Part shown: piece after piece, positions 19,903-28,312 of the stretch | How positions within the stretch are numbered: position 1 is the stretch's first letter | Layout: every line of letters starts with the position of its first letter | Sequence record: SRR31156797_4420 | DNA: 34,973 bases | Reading direction: 5' to 3' (one strand) | Notes under the pieces: model-generated | Seen by the model: only the letters and a program-made list of their open reading frames with translations | What the model was told of the DNA's origin: nothing | The model's database searches: none | Made by a program: the position numbers and the translations under genes

Positions 19903-21351
19903 ATGATTAATCGAAGAATAATTGTTCTCATACTTGGAGTACTCCTTTTAATAGAAGCATTCTTTCTATTTGTTTCAGCCGGAGTATCAATAATATTTCA
20001 GGGTTCAGATACATTAGCGTTTCTTATCTCAGGGGGAGTAACACTTTTATTTGGAAGTGCAGCATACTTTTTGAATCGAAATGCCAATCGAGATATTGGT
20101 AAAAGAGAAGGTTTTTTGATTGTTAGCCTTGTTTGGGTTGTATTTTCTTTATTTGGATGTTTACCTTTTGTTTTAAGTGGCGAAATTCCATCATATACTG
20201 ATGCTTTTTTTGAAACTATATCAGGGTTTACTACCACGGGAGCTTCTATTCTGAATGATATTGAAGGAATGTCAAAAGGATTATTGTTCTGGCGCAGTTT
20301 AACTCAGTGGCTAGGAGGAATGGGAATAATTGTGTTGAGTTTATCTATTCTACCATTTCTGGGTATTGGTGGAATGCAGCTATTTGCTGCTGAAGTTCCG
20401 GGTTTGACACCTGATAAGTTGCATCCAAAAGTAAAGGAAACAGCTAAAAGACTATGGGCTATTTATACAATTTTTACGCTAGCAGAATTTGGTTTACTTA
20501 TTTTTGGAGGAATGGGTTGGTTCGATGCGATTAATCATAGCTTTACGACCATGGCTACAGGTGGTTATTCCACAAAGCAAGCAAGTATTGCACACTTTGA
20601 TTCACCATTTATTCATTATGTTATAATTGTATTCATGTTTATAGCAGGTATGAACTTTTCTCTCTCATATTTTGCCTTACATGGTAAAGTCCGAAAAATA
20701 TGGAAGAATGAGGAATTTAGATATTACTTAGGTTTCGTACTTGTATTTACTCTGCTCATTGGTGTTGGACTTTGGATAACTGAAACATACGGATTTGAAA
20801 AATCATTACGTGATGCTATGTTTCAGGTTGTCTCTATTTTGACTACGACAGGTTTTGCCACAAATGATTATTTACTATGGTCTCCGGCACTGATGTTTGC
20901 CATTTTTATTTTGATGTTTTTTGGAGGATCTTCTGGAAGTACTGGTGGTGGAATTAAAATAGTAAGAATAGTGGTTGTGATTAAGAACAGTTACTATGAA
21001 GTTAAAAGATTAATGCACCCAAAAGCTGTATTACCTGTAAGATTTAATAGAAAAGTAATGACTGACAAGCTGGTTATGAATGTGTTGGCATTTATAGTTT
21101 TTTACTTTATTGTATTTGTACTTGGTGTTGTAATAATGTCGTTATTGGGTCTTGATTTTGAGACCGCTATGGGTGCAGTTGCAGCAAGTTTGGGTAATAT
21201 AGGTCCTGGTATAGGAGATGTGGGTCCATCGGATAATTTTGCTTTTATACCCGATATTGGGAAATGGGTACTTTCATTTTTAATGTTGCTAGGAAGGCTT
21301 GAATTATTTACTGTTTTAGCAATATTAACGCCTGTATTCTGGCGGAAGTAG
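19903..21351 (+). CDS. trkH: Trk system potassium channel subunit
   Basis: SGFTTTGAS, WLGGMG, ATGGYS, TTTGF, GSTGGGIK, GNIGPG, LGRLE. Confidence 0.95.
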   Translation: MINRRIIVLILGVLLLIEAFFLFVSAGVSIIFQGSDTLAFLISGGVTLLFGSAAYFLNRNANRDIGKREGFLIVSLVWVVFSLFGCLPFVLSGEIPSYTDAFFETISGFTTTGASILNDIEGMSKGLLFWRSLTQWLGGMGIIVLSLSILPFLGIGGMQLFAAEVPGLTPDKLHPKVKETAKRLWAIYTIFTLAEFGLLIFGGMGWFDAINHSFTTMATGGYSTKQASIAHFDSPFIHYVIIVFMFIAGMNFSLSYFALHGKVRKIWKNEEFRYYLGFVLVFTLLIGVGLWITETYGFEKSLRDAMFQVVSILTTTGFATNDYLLWSPALMFAIFILMFFGGSSGSTGGGIKIVRIVVVIKNSYYEVKRLMHPKAVLPVRFNRKVMTDKLVMNVLAFIVFYFIVFVLGVVIMSLLGLDFETAMGAVAASLGNIGPGIGDVGPSDNFAFIPDIGKWVLSFLMLLGRLELFTVLAILTPVFWRK

Positions 21352-21367
21352 TATTACAGGTAATTTG

Positions 21368-22063
21368 TTAAAGTATTGATTTTAATTCTTCCAATGATTC
21401 AATTTGCATTTTGGCGTTTCCTATTGATTCTCTTTTTTCAGGATTGAACCAAATAGAATCCATCCCCATTTTAATTGCTCCGGCAATGTCTGTTTTTTCA
21501 TCATCCCCAATAATTATTGCATTTGATTCTGAAGCCCCTGTTTTATTGAAAGCAAAATTAAAAATCGCTTTATCAGGTTTTTGAGCTCCAGCATCTTCAG
21601 AGGTAATTATTTTATCGAAGAATGATCTCAATTGGCAGTTTTGCAGTTTCTTTTCCTGCACCTCTTTAAAACCATTTGTGATAATATGAAGTTTGTATTT
21701 ACTACTTAAATAATCAATTGTTTGATGAGCTTTTGGAAAAGTATGCGTTTTATTGATACTTAAATTCAGGTACATTTCACCTGCTTCTTTACCTTCTATA
21801 GTGCCATCAAAGCCAAATCTTTTAAATGTTTCAGCAAATCTTGTGTCTGATAATTCTTTTTTAGTAATAGTGCCTTTCCTATAATCTTCCCATAATACTT
21901 CATTTATTTTACGATAAGTATTAAAGAATACTTCAAAATCAGGCTGATATTGCTCAATTCTGAAATGAAGGTATATTTCATGAATGGCTTCTTTTGAGTT
22001 TTTCTCAAAATCCCATATAGTGCGGTCCAGATCAAATAAGATATGCTGATATTTATTATTCAT
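21368..22063 (-). CDS. yjjG: YjjG family HAD pyrimidine nucleotidase
   Basis: FDLDRTIWDF, IITNGF, KPD, IIGDD...D. Confidence 0.88.
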   Translation of the reverse strand: MNNKYQHILFDLDRTIWDFEKNSKEAIHEIYLHFRIEQYQPDFEVFFNTYRKINEVLWEDYRKGTITKKELSDTRFAETFKRFGFDGTIEGKEAGEMYLNLSINKTHTFPKAHQTIDYLSSKYKLHIITNGFKEVQEKKLQNCQLRSFFDKIITSEDAGAQKPDKAIFNFAFNKTGASESNAIIIGDDEKTDIAGAIKMGMDSIWFNPEKRESIGNAKMQIESLEELKSIL

Positions 22064-22164
22064 TTTAGTTTTCTTAGCGCATATTCAGTAGCAAATTTTG
22101 TGCATTTTCGGTCTACTGCAACTTAAATATTTACAAATATGCTTTATAATAGGAAAGTTTAGAC

Positions 22165-22199
22165 AAGAAGAAGGGGCATTTGTAACCAGCAAATGCCCC
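22165..22199 (-). terminator. Intrinsic terminator
   Basis: GGGGCATTTG-CTGGTTA-CAAATGCCCC-TTCTTCTT on the minus strand. Confidence 0.78.
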
Positions 22200-22289
22200 G
22201 GAATTTGAAATAAACCAACTAAAAACCAGACAATTAATATGGTATTTGAATGATTAAGGGAAGTAATCGACCATATTAATTTGATTTGT
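22165..22289 (-). ncRNA. Candidate LytTR-regulated small RNA (~125 nt)
   Basis: Perfect -7 box upstream; perfect 12-bp stem AATTAATATGGT/ACCATATTAATT; U/G-rich linker; GC-rich terminator; only a 6-codon ATG ORF inside. Confidence 0.65.
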
Positions 22290-22294
22290 CTATT

Positions 22295-22302
22295 CAAATG
22301 TA
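22295..22302 (-). promoter_or_regulatory. -7 promoter box of the candidate sRNA
   Basis: TACATTTG on the minus strand. Confidence 0.7.
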
Positions 22303-22332
22303 AATTAAATTATTGAAATGTTAATGGATAAA

Positions 22333-22365
22333 TGTATGAACGGTTGTGTTAGGTGTATAAACGGT
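22333..22365 (-). promoter_or_regulatory. LytTR-type binding site (direct repeat, 21-bp period)
   Basis: ACCGTTTATACA-N9-ACCGTTCATACA; fits LytTR [TA][AC][CA]GTTN[AG][TG] repeats separated by 12 nt. Confidence 0.75.
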
Positions 22366-22499
22366 AATTTTTTTTTTCTTGATTATAATCTAATTATTAG
22401 AAATTTATCTCTAATATGCTTATTTAGAGGGGATTGTGTTTGGTTTGTGTATTATTGGTGTAAACCCATCAAATTAGTCTCAATTTTTCATGAAATTGA

Positions 22500-23246
22500 C
22501 TATTGTTCCAGAAATTCTTGCATAATATTTAAGAAATCTTGTTTTCTTCTTCTTGAAATAATTGCTTTAGATTCGTCAGTCATAAATACTGTATTTTGAT
22601 GTTTAATAACCTTTTGTATGTGTTGTAAGTTGATAAGGTGGGATTTATGGCAGCGATAGAAAGTATCACCCTTTAGTATTTCTTCATATTCCCCTAATGA
22701 CTTTGAGACAATAACTGGTGGATTATTAAATATATGCACAGTGGTGTAATTCCCATCTGCTTCAAATTGAATAATGTTTTTGGTTTGCACAACCTCAATT
22801 GTTTCTAGAGTAGGTAAAGCAAGCCTTTGTGGTGATTGGTCGTTGAGGTTTTGTTTTAAAACAGGAAATTTTCTACTGGTATAGTTATTCTGAAGATCTT
22901 TCACTCTGTTAATGGCATCTTGTAGATAAGAAATATCTATCGGTTTTAGTATATAATCAATTGCTGAATACTTGAAAGCTTTAATAGCATATTGATTAAA
23001 TGCTGTGACGAAAATAACATGAAAATCAATGGAATCCATTCTGTCTAATAAATCAAAACCACTGCCTTGGGGCATCTCTATGTCAAGAAAAACCAGGTCA
23101 GGATTCTGTTTGGTAATTATTTTTTCAGCATCATTTATATTGCTTGCTTTCCCAACAACTTTCAAATTAGGATCAATACTTTCGAGAAATATTTCTAAAG
23201 ATTCAATAGAAGCAATTTCATCATCAACAATAACCGTTTTCAGCAT
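22500..23246 (-). CDS. LytTR family response regulator
   Basis: REC domain (VDDE, FLDIEMP, VTAF, ILKP) plus LytTR domain (EADGNYT, FYRCHKSHLIN, ISRRRK). Confidence 0.95.
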   Translation of the reverse strand: MLKTVIVDDEIASIESLEIFLESIDPNLKVVGKASNINDAEKIITKQNPDLVFLDIEMPQGSGFDLLDRMDSIDFHVIFVTAFNQYAIKAFKYSAIDYILKPIDISYLQDAINRVKDLQNNYTSRKFPVLKQNLNDQSPQRLALPTLETIEVVQTKNIIQFEADGNYTTVHIFNNPPVIVSKSLGEYEEILKGDTFYRCHKSHLINLQHIQKVIKHQNTVFMTDESKAIISRRRKQDFLNIMQEFLEQ

Positions 23247-23249
23247 AAT

Positions 23250-26057
23250 TTATTTATTAATAGGATATTTTATTGTTGTTTTGTTTCCTGTAACCTCATT
23301 ATTATGATTAAATAAAACTTCAGTTTCAACCATAATTTTATTTCGATTTTGTCTATTATAAACTTCTATACGTTGTTCTGCAATTTGTGTTCCACTTTTA
23401 ACTTTTTTGTTTTGAATCTTAATCTTTTCAGATTCCAGCATTTGCATATTTATTCCATTGTCAATTATGCTGCAAGCCAACTTGTTATCGATAATTTTAA
23501 ATTGAATAATTACCGTACCTTTTTCATATTTATTAAGAATATTTTCTTTTATTGAACGATCAACATAAGGTTGTATAAGGAATGGTATGATGCGAATGCT
23601 TTGATCATTTATATCAGGTGTTTTCTTAATGCTATAACTGAATTTATCCTTAAACCTCAGTAATTCTAATTCTAAATATAATGTTAAAGCTTCTATTTCT
23701 TCACTTAGAGGAACTTTTTTTGTTGTTGAGTTATCAAGAATTTTTCTAATAAGGGTTGAGAATTTTGTTAAGTATTTACTTGATTCAATTGGTTTGTTTT
23801 GTAATACGAAATGGTTAATGGAAGTTAATGAGTTAAATATAAAATGAGGATTCATTTGTTGTTGAAGTACAGTCTGCATTTGAGAAATTCTAGAATTTTC
23901 TAATACATTTCTTCTTTTAATTTCTTTTAACTTGGACCGAACGAATAGAAACGATACCACAATAATCAAGATAGCTAGAAGTATCAGCGCATATATATTT
24001 TCGTACCAATAACCTGTTTTTTCTATTTGAATAAGTAAATAATTGTGATTCTTTTGAAATTCAGGATTGTCGCTTATTTTTATTTTTGATATCCCTGAGC
24101 TGATCTGTGATATGTTTAATTCATTATTGCTGATATTGTATACATTTTTGTTTCCATCGATTTTAAAATATAATGTTTCCGGATTATTACTTTCAAAATT
24201 AAATGTGGAAAAATGTAAACTTAAATGTTTCAGATCCTTATCTACTTGTAGTGTGACAACTTCATCTTTAGTTTTACTTATTTTAGGAGTTTGGACTTTG
24301 ATTTTGAATTGTTTATTTTTCTTATGTTTTCTTACAGGGAATGAATATAATCGTTCATAATTATAAACAAACAATCTATTATTCAGTAAAAATGTCTTTT
24401 TAATCTTGTTGTTTGGTAAAATGGAATTTAGGTAAGAAAATGAATCAGTAAAGTTGAAATCATCATCACTTACTTCTAATCCATTATTTGTACTAATAAA
24501 AAATAATGAATCGTTTTTAGAAATATGATTGACAGAAATTTTTCTGGAAAGATTAATCAATTTATTGGCTGATGGGGTTTTGAATTCAAGTTTTGTGTTG
24601 CCATAATATATAAAAAGACTTGCATTATGTTTATTTATTGAAAGCACAGGTAGGTTAGAAATCTTTTCACTAAAGCCACTACGAGATATTTCCCACAAGC
24701 CTTTGTCGCTACTGGCATATAGATTATTATTCCATTGACAAATATTTGTAAATGAATGATCTTTTATAAGTGTGTCAGTAATTTTGCTTTTTCCCAAATT
24801 GTACTTAATAATACCATTGATACCAGCAAAATATATTTCATTTCCGAGTATTGCAGCGTCAAAAACAGGTGCATTTAGCGAAATTATAGCATCAATATTA
24901 AAACTATTGTTCGATGTGTTAATAATTACTGATTCGTAACTATTAAAGGCAATTATTTGTTGGGAATTTGTATGAATGAGCTTTCTTGCTTTTTGGGGAA
25001 GCTTAAGAACTTTTTCAAATTTTTGTTCCCCGTAATTAAATCGCTTTATATTCTGGTGTTCTTCAAGGGTATAAAGCTGACTATTTAAAACAATTACATC
25101 ATTTATTATGCTATTATTGTCGTTGCTAGCTGGTGCATAAATACAATAATCTAAAGAAGGGATATAAAATAAGCCATCATTTAATGTTCCAATCCATAGT
25201 CCATCGTTTGCATCTGAAAATATGGTGGTTACGGTAATATTTTTAAGTAAAGTATCTATTACCCTGTTATTTTTTCTCACTTCTAATCCTACATCTTGAA
25301 TACCGATAAGTTCAAAAGGTCCAGCAATATGAGAGGAGTAAATTACTTTGCTGTAGTAAGCATATCTTATTTTATCCTTTTTATTAAACAATTGCAGATT
25401 TCCAATATTGCATCTTAATAGCGTATCGTTTGAATAGCCTGAAATATAACCTAAAATGAAAGCCTTGTTTTTAAATAGCTTCTCTTTGTTTAACAGCAAG
25501 TATAGGCCAAGTTTTGTTTTCCATTTATTTTCAAATTGATTGATAATTTCAAAAGAAGATTGATCAACTGTAATTCTTTCAAAAGAGAAAAGAGAATCGT
25601 TTACAAACATATACTTCTCTCTACCATAGGTAATAAATGATAATGTATCTTGTGATTTTTTAAAGGTGCCTTTTATTGGGGGCATTGTAGCGCCAGGCCA
25701 TGATTCTTTGCTTTTTTGAAGGACCATTTTATCTTCTGATATTCGCCATGTTCGTCCTGTCCTTTCTGCTGCCCATAAAGAGTTGTTGTCAGCCCTGTAT
25801 AGATTATTAAATTTTGGTTTTGAAATATTGTTTAGATTACTAATATTTATAAATCTTAAACCATCAAATTTATACAATCCGTTTTCACTTGCAATCCATA
25901 TAAAGCCATCCTTATCCTGCGTAATATCATCAATATGAAAGGCTTTAAAGTTGGGGTAATTATTAAAAGTTCGCATTACTGGTTTTTGAGCAGCGACCTG
26001 TAATGAGAGGAAAATTAAAGTAAGATAAATATAAAATCTATTTTTTTGCACCTTCAA
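23250..26057 (-). CDS. LytS/YehU-type sensor histidine kinase with beta-propeller periplasmic region and degenerate HATPase (start codon uncertain)
   Basis: Signal peptide; QDKDGFIWIA and GLWIGT propeller repeats; TM; QMNPHFIFNSL H-box; EEI...YLELELLRF. Confidence 0.88.
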   Translation of the reverse strand: MKVQKNRFYIYLTLIFLSLQVAAQKPVMRTFNNYPNFKAFHIDDITQDKDGFIWIASENGLYKFDGLRFINISNLNNISKPKFNNLYRADNNSLWAAERTGRTWRISEDKMVLQKSKESWPGATMPPIKGTFKKSQDTLSFITYGREKYMFVNDSLFSFERITVDQSSFEIINQFENKWKTKLGLYLLLNKEKLFKNKAFILGYISGYSNDTLLRCNIGNLQLFNKKDKIRYAYYSKVIYSSHIAGPFELIGIQDVGLEVRKNNRVIDTLLKNITVTTIFSDANDGLWIGTLNDGLFYIPSLDYCIYAPASNDNNSIINDVIVLNSQLYTLEEHQNIKRFNYGEQKFEKVLKLPQKARKLIHTNSQQIIAFNSYESVIINTSNNSFNIDAIISLNAPVFDAAILGNEIYFAGINGIIKYNLGKSKITDTLIKDHSFTNICQWNNNLYASSDKGLWEISRSGFSEKISNLPVLSINKHNASLFIYYGNTKLEFKTPSANKLINLSRKISVNHISKNDSLFFISTNNGLEVSDDDFNFTDSFSYLNSILPNNKIKKTFLLNNRLFVYNYERLYSFPVRKHKKNKQFKIKVQTPKISKTKDEVVTLQVDKDLKHLSLHFSTFNFESNNPETLYFKIDGNKNVYNISNNELNISQISSGISKIKISDNPEFQKNHNYLLIQIEKTGYWYENIYALILLAILIIVVSFLFVRSKLKEIKRRNVLENSRISQMQTVLQQQMNPHFIFNSLTSINHFVLQNKPIESSKYLTKFSTLIRKILDNSTTKKVPLSEEIEALTLYLELELLRFKDKFSYSIKKTPDINDQSIRIIPFLIQPYVDRSIKENILNKYEKGTVIIQFKIIDNKLACSIIDNGINMQMLESEKIKIQNKKVKSGTQIAEQRIEVYNRQNRNKIMVETEVLFNHNNEVTGNKTTIKYPINK

Positions 26058-26706
26058 TAATTATAACAAATTCACCTTTAGGCTCTTTCGATTTAAAGTG
26101 TTCTATCAATTCAGATAAGGATCCTCTATTAGTTTCTTCGTAAATTTTTGAAATTTCCCGGCTCGTTGTAGCTTGTCTTTCTGCCCCCATAAATTTAGCA
26201 CATTGTTCAAGTGTTTTTAAAACTCTGTATGGTGATTCGTAAAGCACAATAGTATTGTCAAGTTCTGCTAAATAAGATAGTCTTTTTTGACGACCCTTTT
26301 TGTGAGGTAGAAATCCTTCAAAATAGAATCTGTCACATGGTAATCCAGAGTTTACCAAAGCAGGAACAAAAGCAGTGGCCCCCGGAAGTGTTATAATTTC
26401 TATCTCTTTTTTCACACATTCTCGAATGAGTAAAAAACCTGGATCGCTAATTCCGGGTGTGCCGGCATCTGTAACTAAGGCTACATTTTCCAATTCTGCC
26501 AACTGTACGAAGCTCTCCAGCGCTTTATGCTCGTTAAATTTATGGTAAGGTCTTAGTTTACTTGCTTCAATATTGTAGTGATTGAGTAAGTTTTTTGTTT
26601 TTCTAGTATCCTCAGCTAGAATTATATCAGCAGTTTCAAGCGTTTTTATCGCTCTAAAAGTAATATCATCAAGGTTTCCAATGGGAGTTGGTACAATATA
26701 TAGCAT
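26038..26706 (-). CDS. rsmI: 16S rRNA (cytidine1402-2'-O)-methyltransferase
   Basis: LYIVPTPIGNL, AEDTR, DAGTPGISDPG, YESPYR, REISKIYEE, KGEFV. Confidence 0.96.
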   Translation of the reverse strand: MLYIVPTPIGNLDDITFRAIKTLETADIILAEDTRKTKNLLNHYNIEASKLRPYHKFNEHKALESFVQLAELENVALVTDAGTPGISDPGFLLIRECVKKEIEIITLPGATAFVPALVNSGLPCDRFYFEGFLPHKKGRQKRLSYLAELDNTIVLYESPYRVLKTLEQCAKFMGAERQATTSREISKIYEETNRGSLSELIEHFKSKEPKGEFVIIIEGAKK

Positions 26707-26710
26707 AGTA

Positions 26711-27529
26711 TTATTTTAAAAAACGGCGGTAAATCATTTCAATGAAGCTTTTAAAACTTTTTTTCTCCTGATCAAACTGGAAATTGCTTTCTAAAAATTC
26801 TAGAGCTTCATCCAATTCATTCATTTTATTGATAGTGCGTATTGTTTCTCTATAAAGATCCAGATTTCCATCAAATAGCTCATTGGAATACCAAATTTTG
26901 TCATTGAGTTTGATGGCTTTGGTTAAGTCATCAATCGGATTTTGTTGCAGTTTAGATGCCAGGTCTTTTTGTTCAATCAAATTAGCAATTTGCTCATTAA
27001 GCGAATTTGATGAGCCCTGATATTTGTCTGCAATAGTTTTTTGTGGTTCAACTAGAGGTTCTTCTCTGGTTTCATCTTCAAAAACTTCTTCCACTTGGGG
27101 GTTTTCTATTTCTTCCTCAATTTGTTCTTCCGGCTCTTCAGAAATTTCAGCTACTTTGTCAGGTTCTTCAATTATCTCATTTTCGGTTTCTTTTGTCTGG
27201 GGTTCTTCAATAGTTATTTCTTCCGCCTTGGACTCCTGAACATTAATTGTATTGTCTTCAGGTACTGGTTCTTTTTGTGTATCTTTCTTCTCTATCTTTG
27301 ATTCCTCTTTTTGAAGAGTATCATTAACTTTTGATGTTTTTTCAATTGTTGAAATTTGACTTATTTCATTTTCTAATAATTGAAAATCTTCATTCACTGA
27401 TTTAATGCGGTTTATTATCATTTTAATTTCCAATGAGCTTAGTTTTGAACCTGGTTCTAGCTCATTAAAAATTTCAGTCAATTCTGATAGATCGTTTTTG
27501 AGATATTTAATTAGTCGGTCGGTATTCAT
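26711..27529 (-). CDS. Hypothetical protein with Glu-rich disordered linker and helical C-terminal domain
   Basis: 272-aa ORF packed 4 nt upstream of rsmI; own promoter box at 27600-27607. Confidence 0.8.
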   Translation of the reverse strand: MNTDRLIKYLKNDLSELTEIFNELEPGSKLSSLEIKMIINRIKSVNEDFQLLENEISQISTIEKTSKVNDTLQKEESKIEKKDTQKEPVPEDNTINVQESKAEEITIEEPQTKETENEIIEEPDKVAEISEEPEEQIEEEIENPQVEEVFEDETREEPLVEPQKTIADKYQGSSNSLNEQIANLIEQKDLASKLQQNPIDDLTKAIKLNDKIWYSNELFDGNLDLYRETIRTINKMNELDEALEFLESNFQFDQEKKSFKSFIEMIYRRFLK

Positions 27530-27599
27530 TTGTAGTTTTTTAATGCTTAATTGTGAAATGGGTTCAACGTTAGTTTGTTACAAGGTTTTTGATATCATG

Positions 27600-27607
27600 C
27601 AAAGTTA
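27600..27607 (-). promoter_or_regulatory. -7 promoter box for the hypothetical-rsmI-HK-RR unit
   Basis: TAACTTTG on the minus strand. Confidence 0.6.
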
Positions 27608-27689
27608 CAGTTATTATTTCAATTATAAAGGTTGTCAATGTTTTTTCAGGCTTTTTTCAAACTTTCCGAGTGTTCTCGTAATAAAATTT

Positions 27690-27697
27690 TAATTTTG
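27690..27697 (+). promoter_or_regulatory. -7 promoter box of tdk
   Basis: TAATTTTG 31 nt upstream of the ATG. Confidence 0.6.
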
Positions 27698-27728
27698 TTT
27701 GAATATCATAACGGATAATTAGCAGAGC

Positions 27729-28307
27729 ATGTTGCGACATTCAGAAATAATGGAAAAGCGTCAATCAGGTTGGATCGAAGTGATTGTAGGGTCAATGTTC
27801 AGTGGTAAAACAGAAGAACTTATCAGACGATTAAAACGGGCTCAGATAGCCAAATTAAATGTTGAAATATTTAAACCTAAAATTGATGTTAGGTATTCTG
27901 AGAATGAAGTAGTATCGCATGACGCTACTGCTATTCGATCTACTCCGGTAGAAGCAGCGGGTAATATTCTAATGTTGGCATTAGGCAATGATGTGGTAGG
28001 TATAGATGAGGCTCAGTTTTTTGATAATAATCTTATTGATGTATGTAAACAATTAGCTGATCAAGGTGTGCGAGTGATTATTGCCGGATTAGATATGGAT
28101 TTTCAAGGTAAACCTTTTGGTCCTATGCCTAATTTGCTTGCCATTGCAGAATATGTAACCAAAGTACATGCTATATGTGTGCGCTGTGGTAGTTTAGCTC
28201 AGTTTTCTCATCGAGTGGTAAAAGCCGATGATTTGGTTTTATTGGGTGAGAAAGATGAATATGAACCACTTTGTCGTAGTTGTTATAATGAAGCAAACAA
28301 GAAATAA
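27729..28307 (+). CDS. tdk: Thymidine kinase
   Basis: [29 protein letters not shown]...YEPLCRSC. Confidence 0.97.
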   Translation: MLRHSEIMEKRQSGWIEVIVGSMFSGKTEELIRRLKRAQIAKLNVEIFKPKIDVRYSENEVVSHDATAIRSTPVEAAGNILMLALGNDVVGIDEAQFFDNNLIDVCKQLADQGVRVIIAGLDMDFQGKPFGPMPNLLAIAEYVTKVHAICVRCGSLAQFSHRVVKADDLVLLGEKDEYEPLCRSCYNEANKK

Positions 28308-28312
28308 TTGAC

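Noticed and set aside
22085-22297. 70-aa minus-strand ORF over the candidate sRNA
   Set aside because: Its TTG start is part of the -7 promoter box and the frame runs through a terminator.
22318-22599. 93-aa plus-strand ORF
   Set aside because: It overlaps the LytTR gene antisense and the LytTR boxes, and shows no family features.
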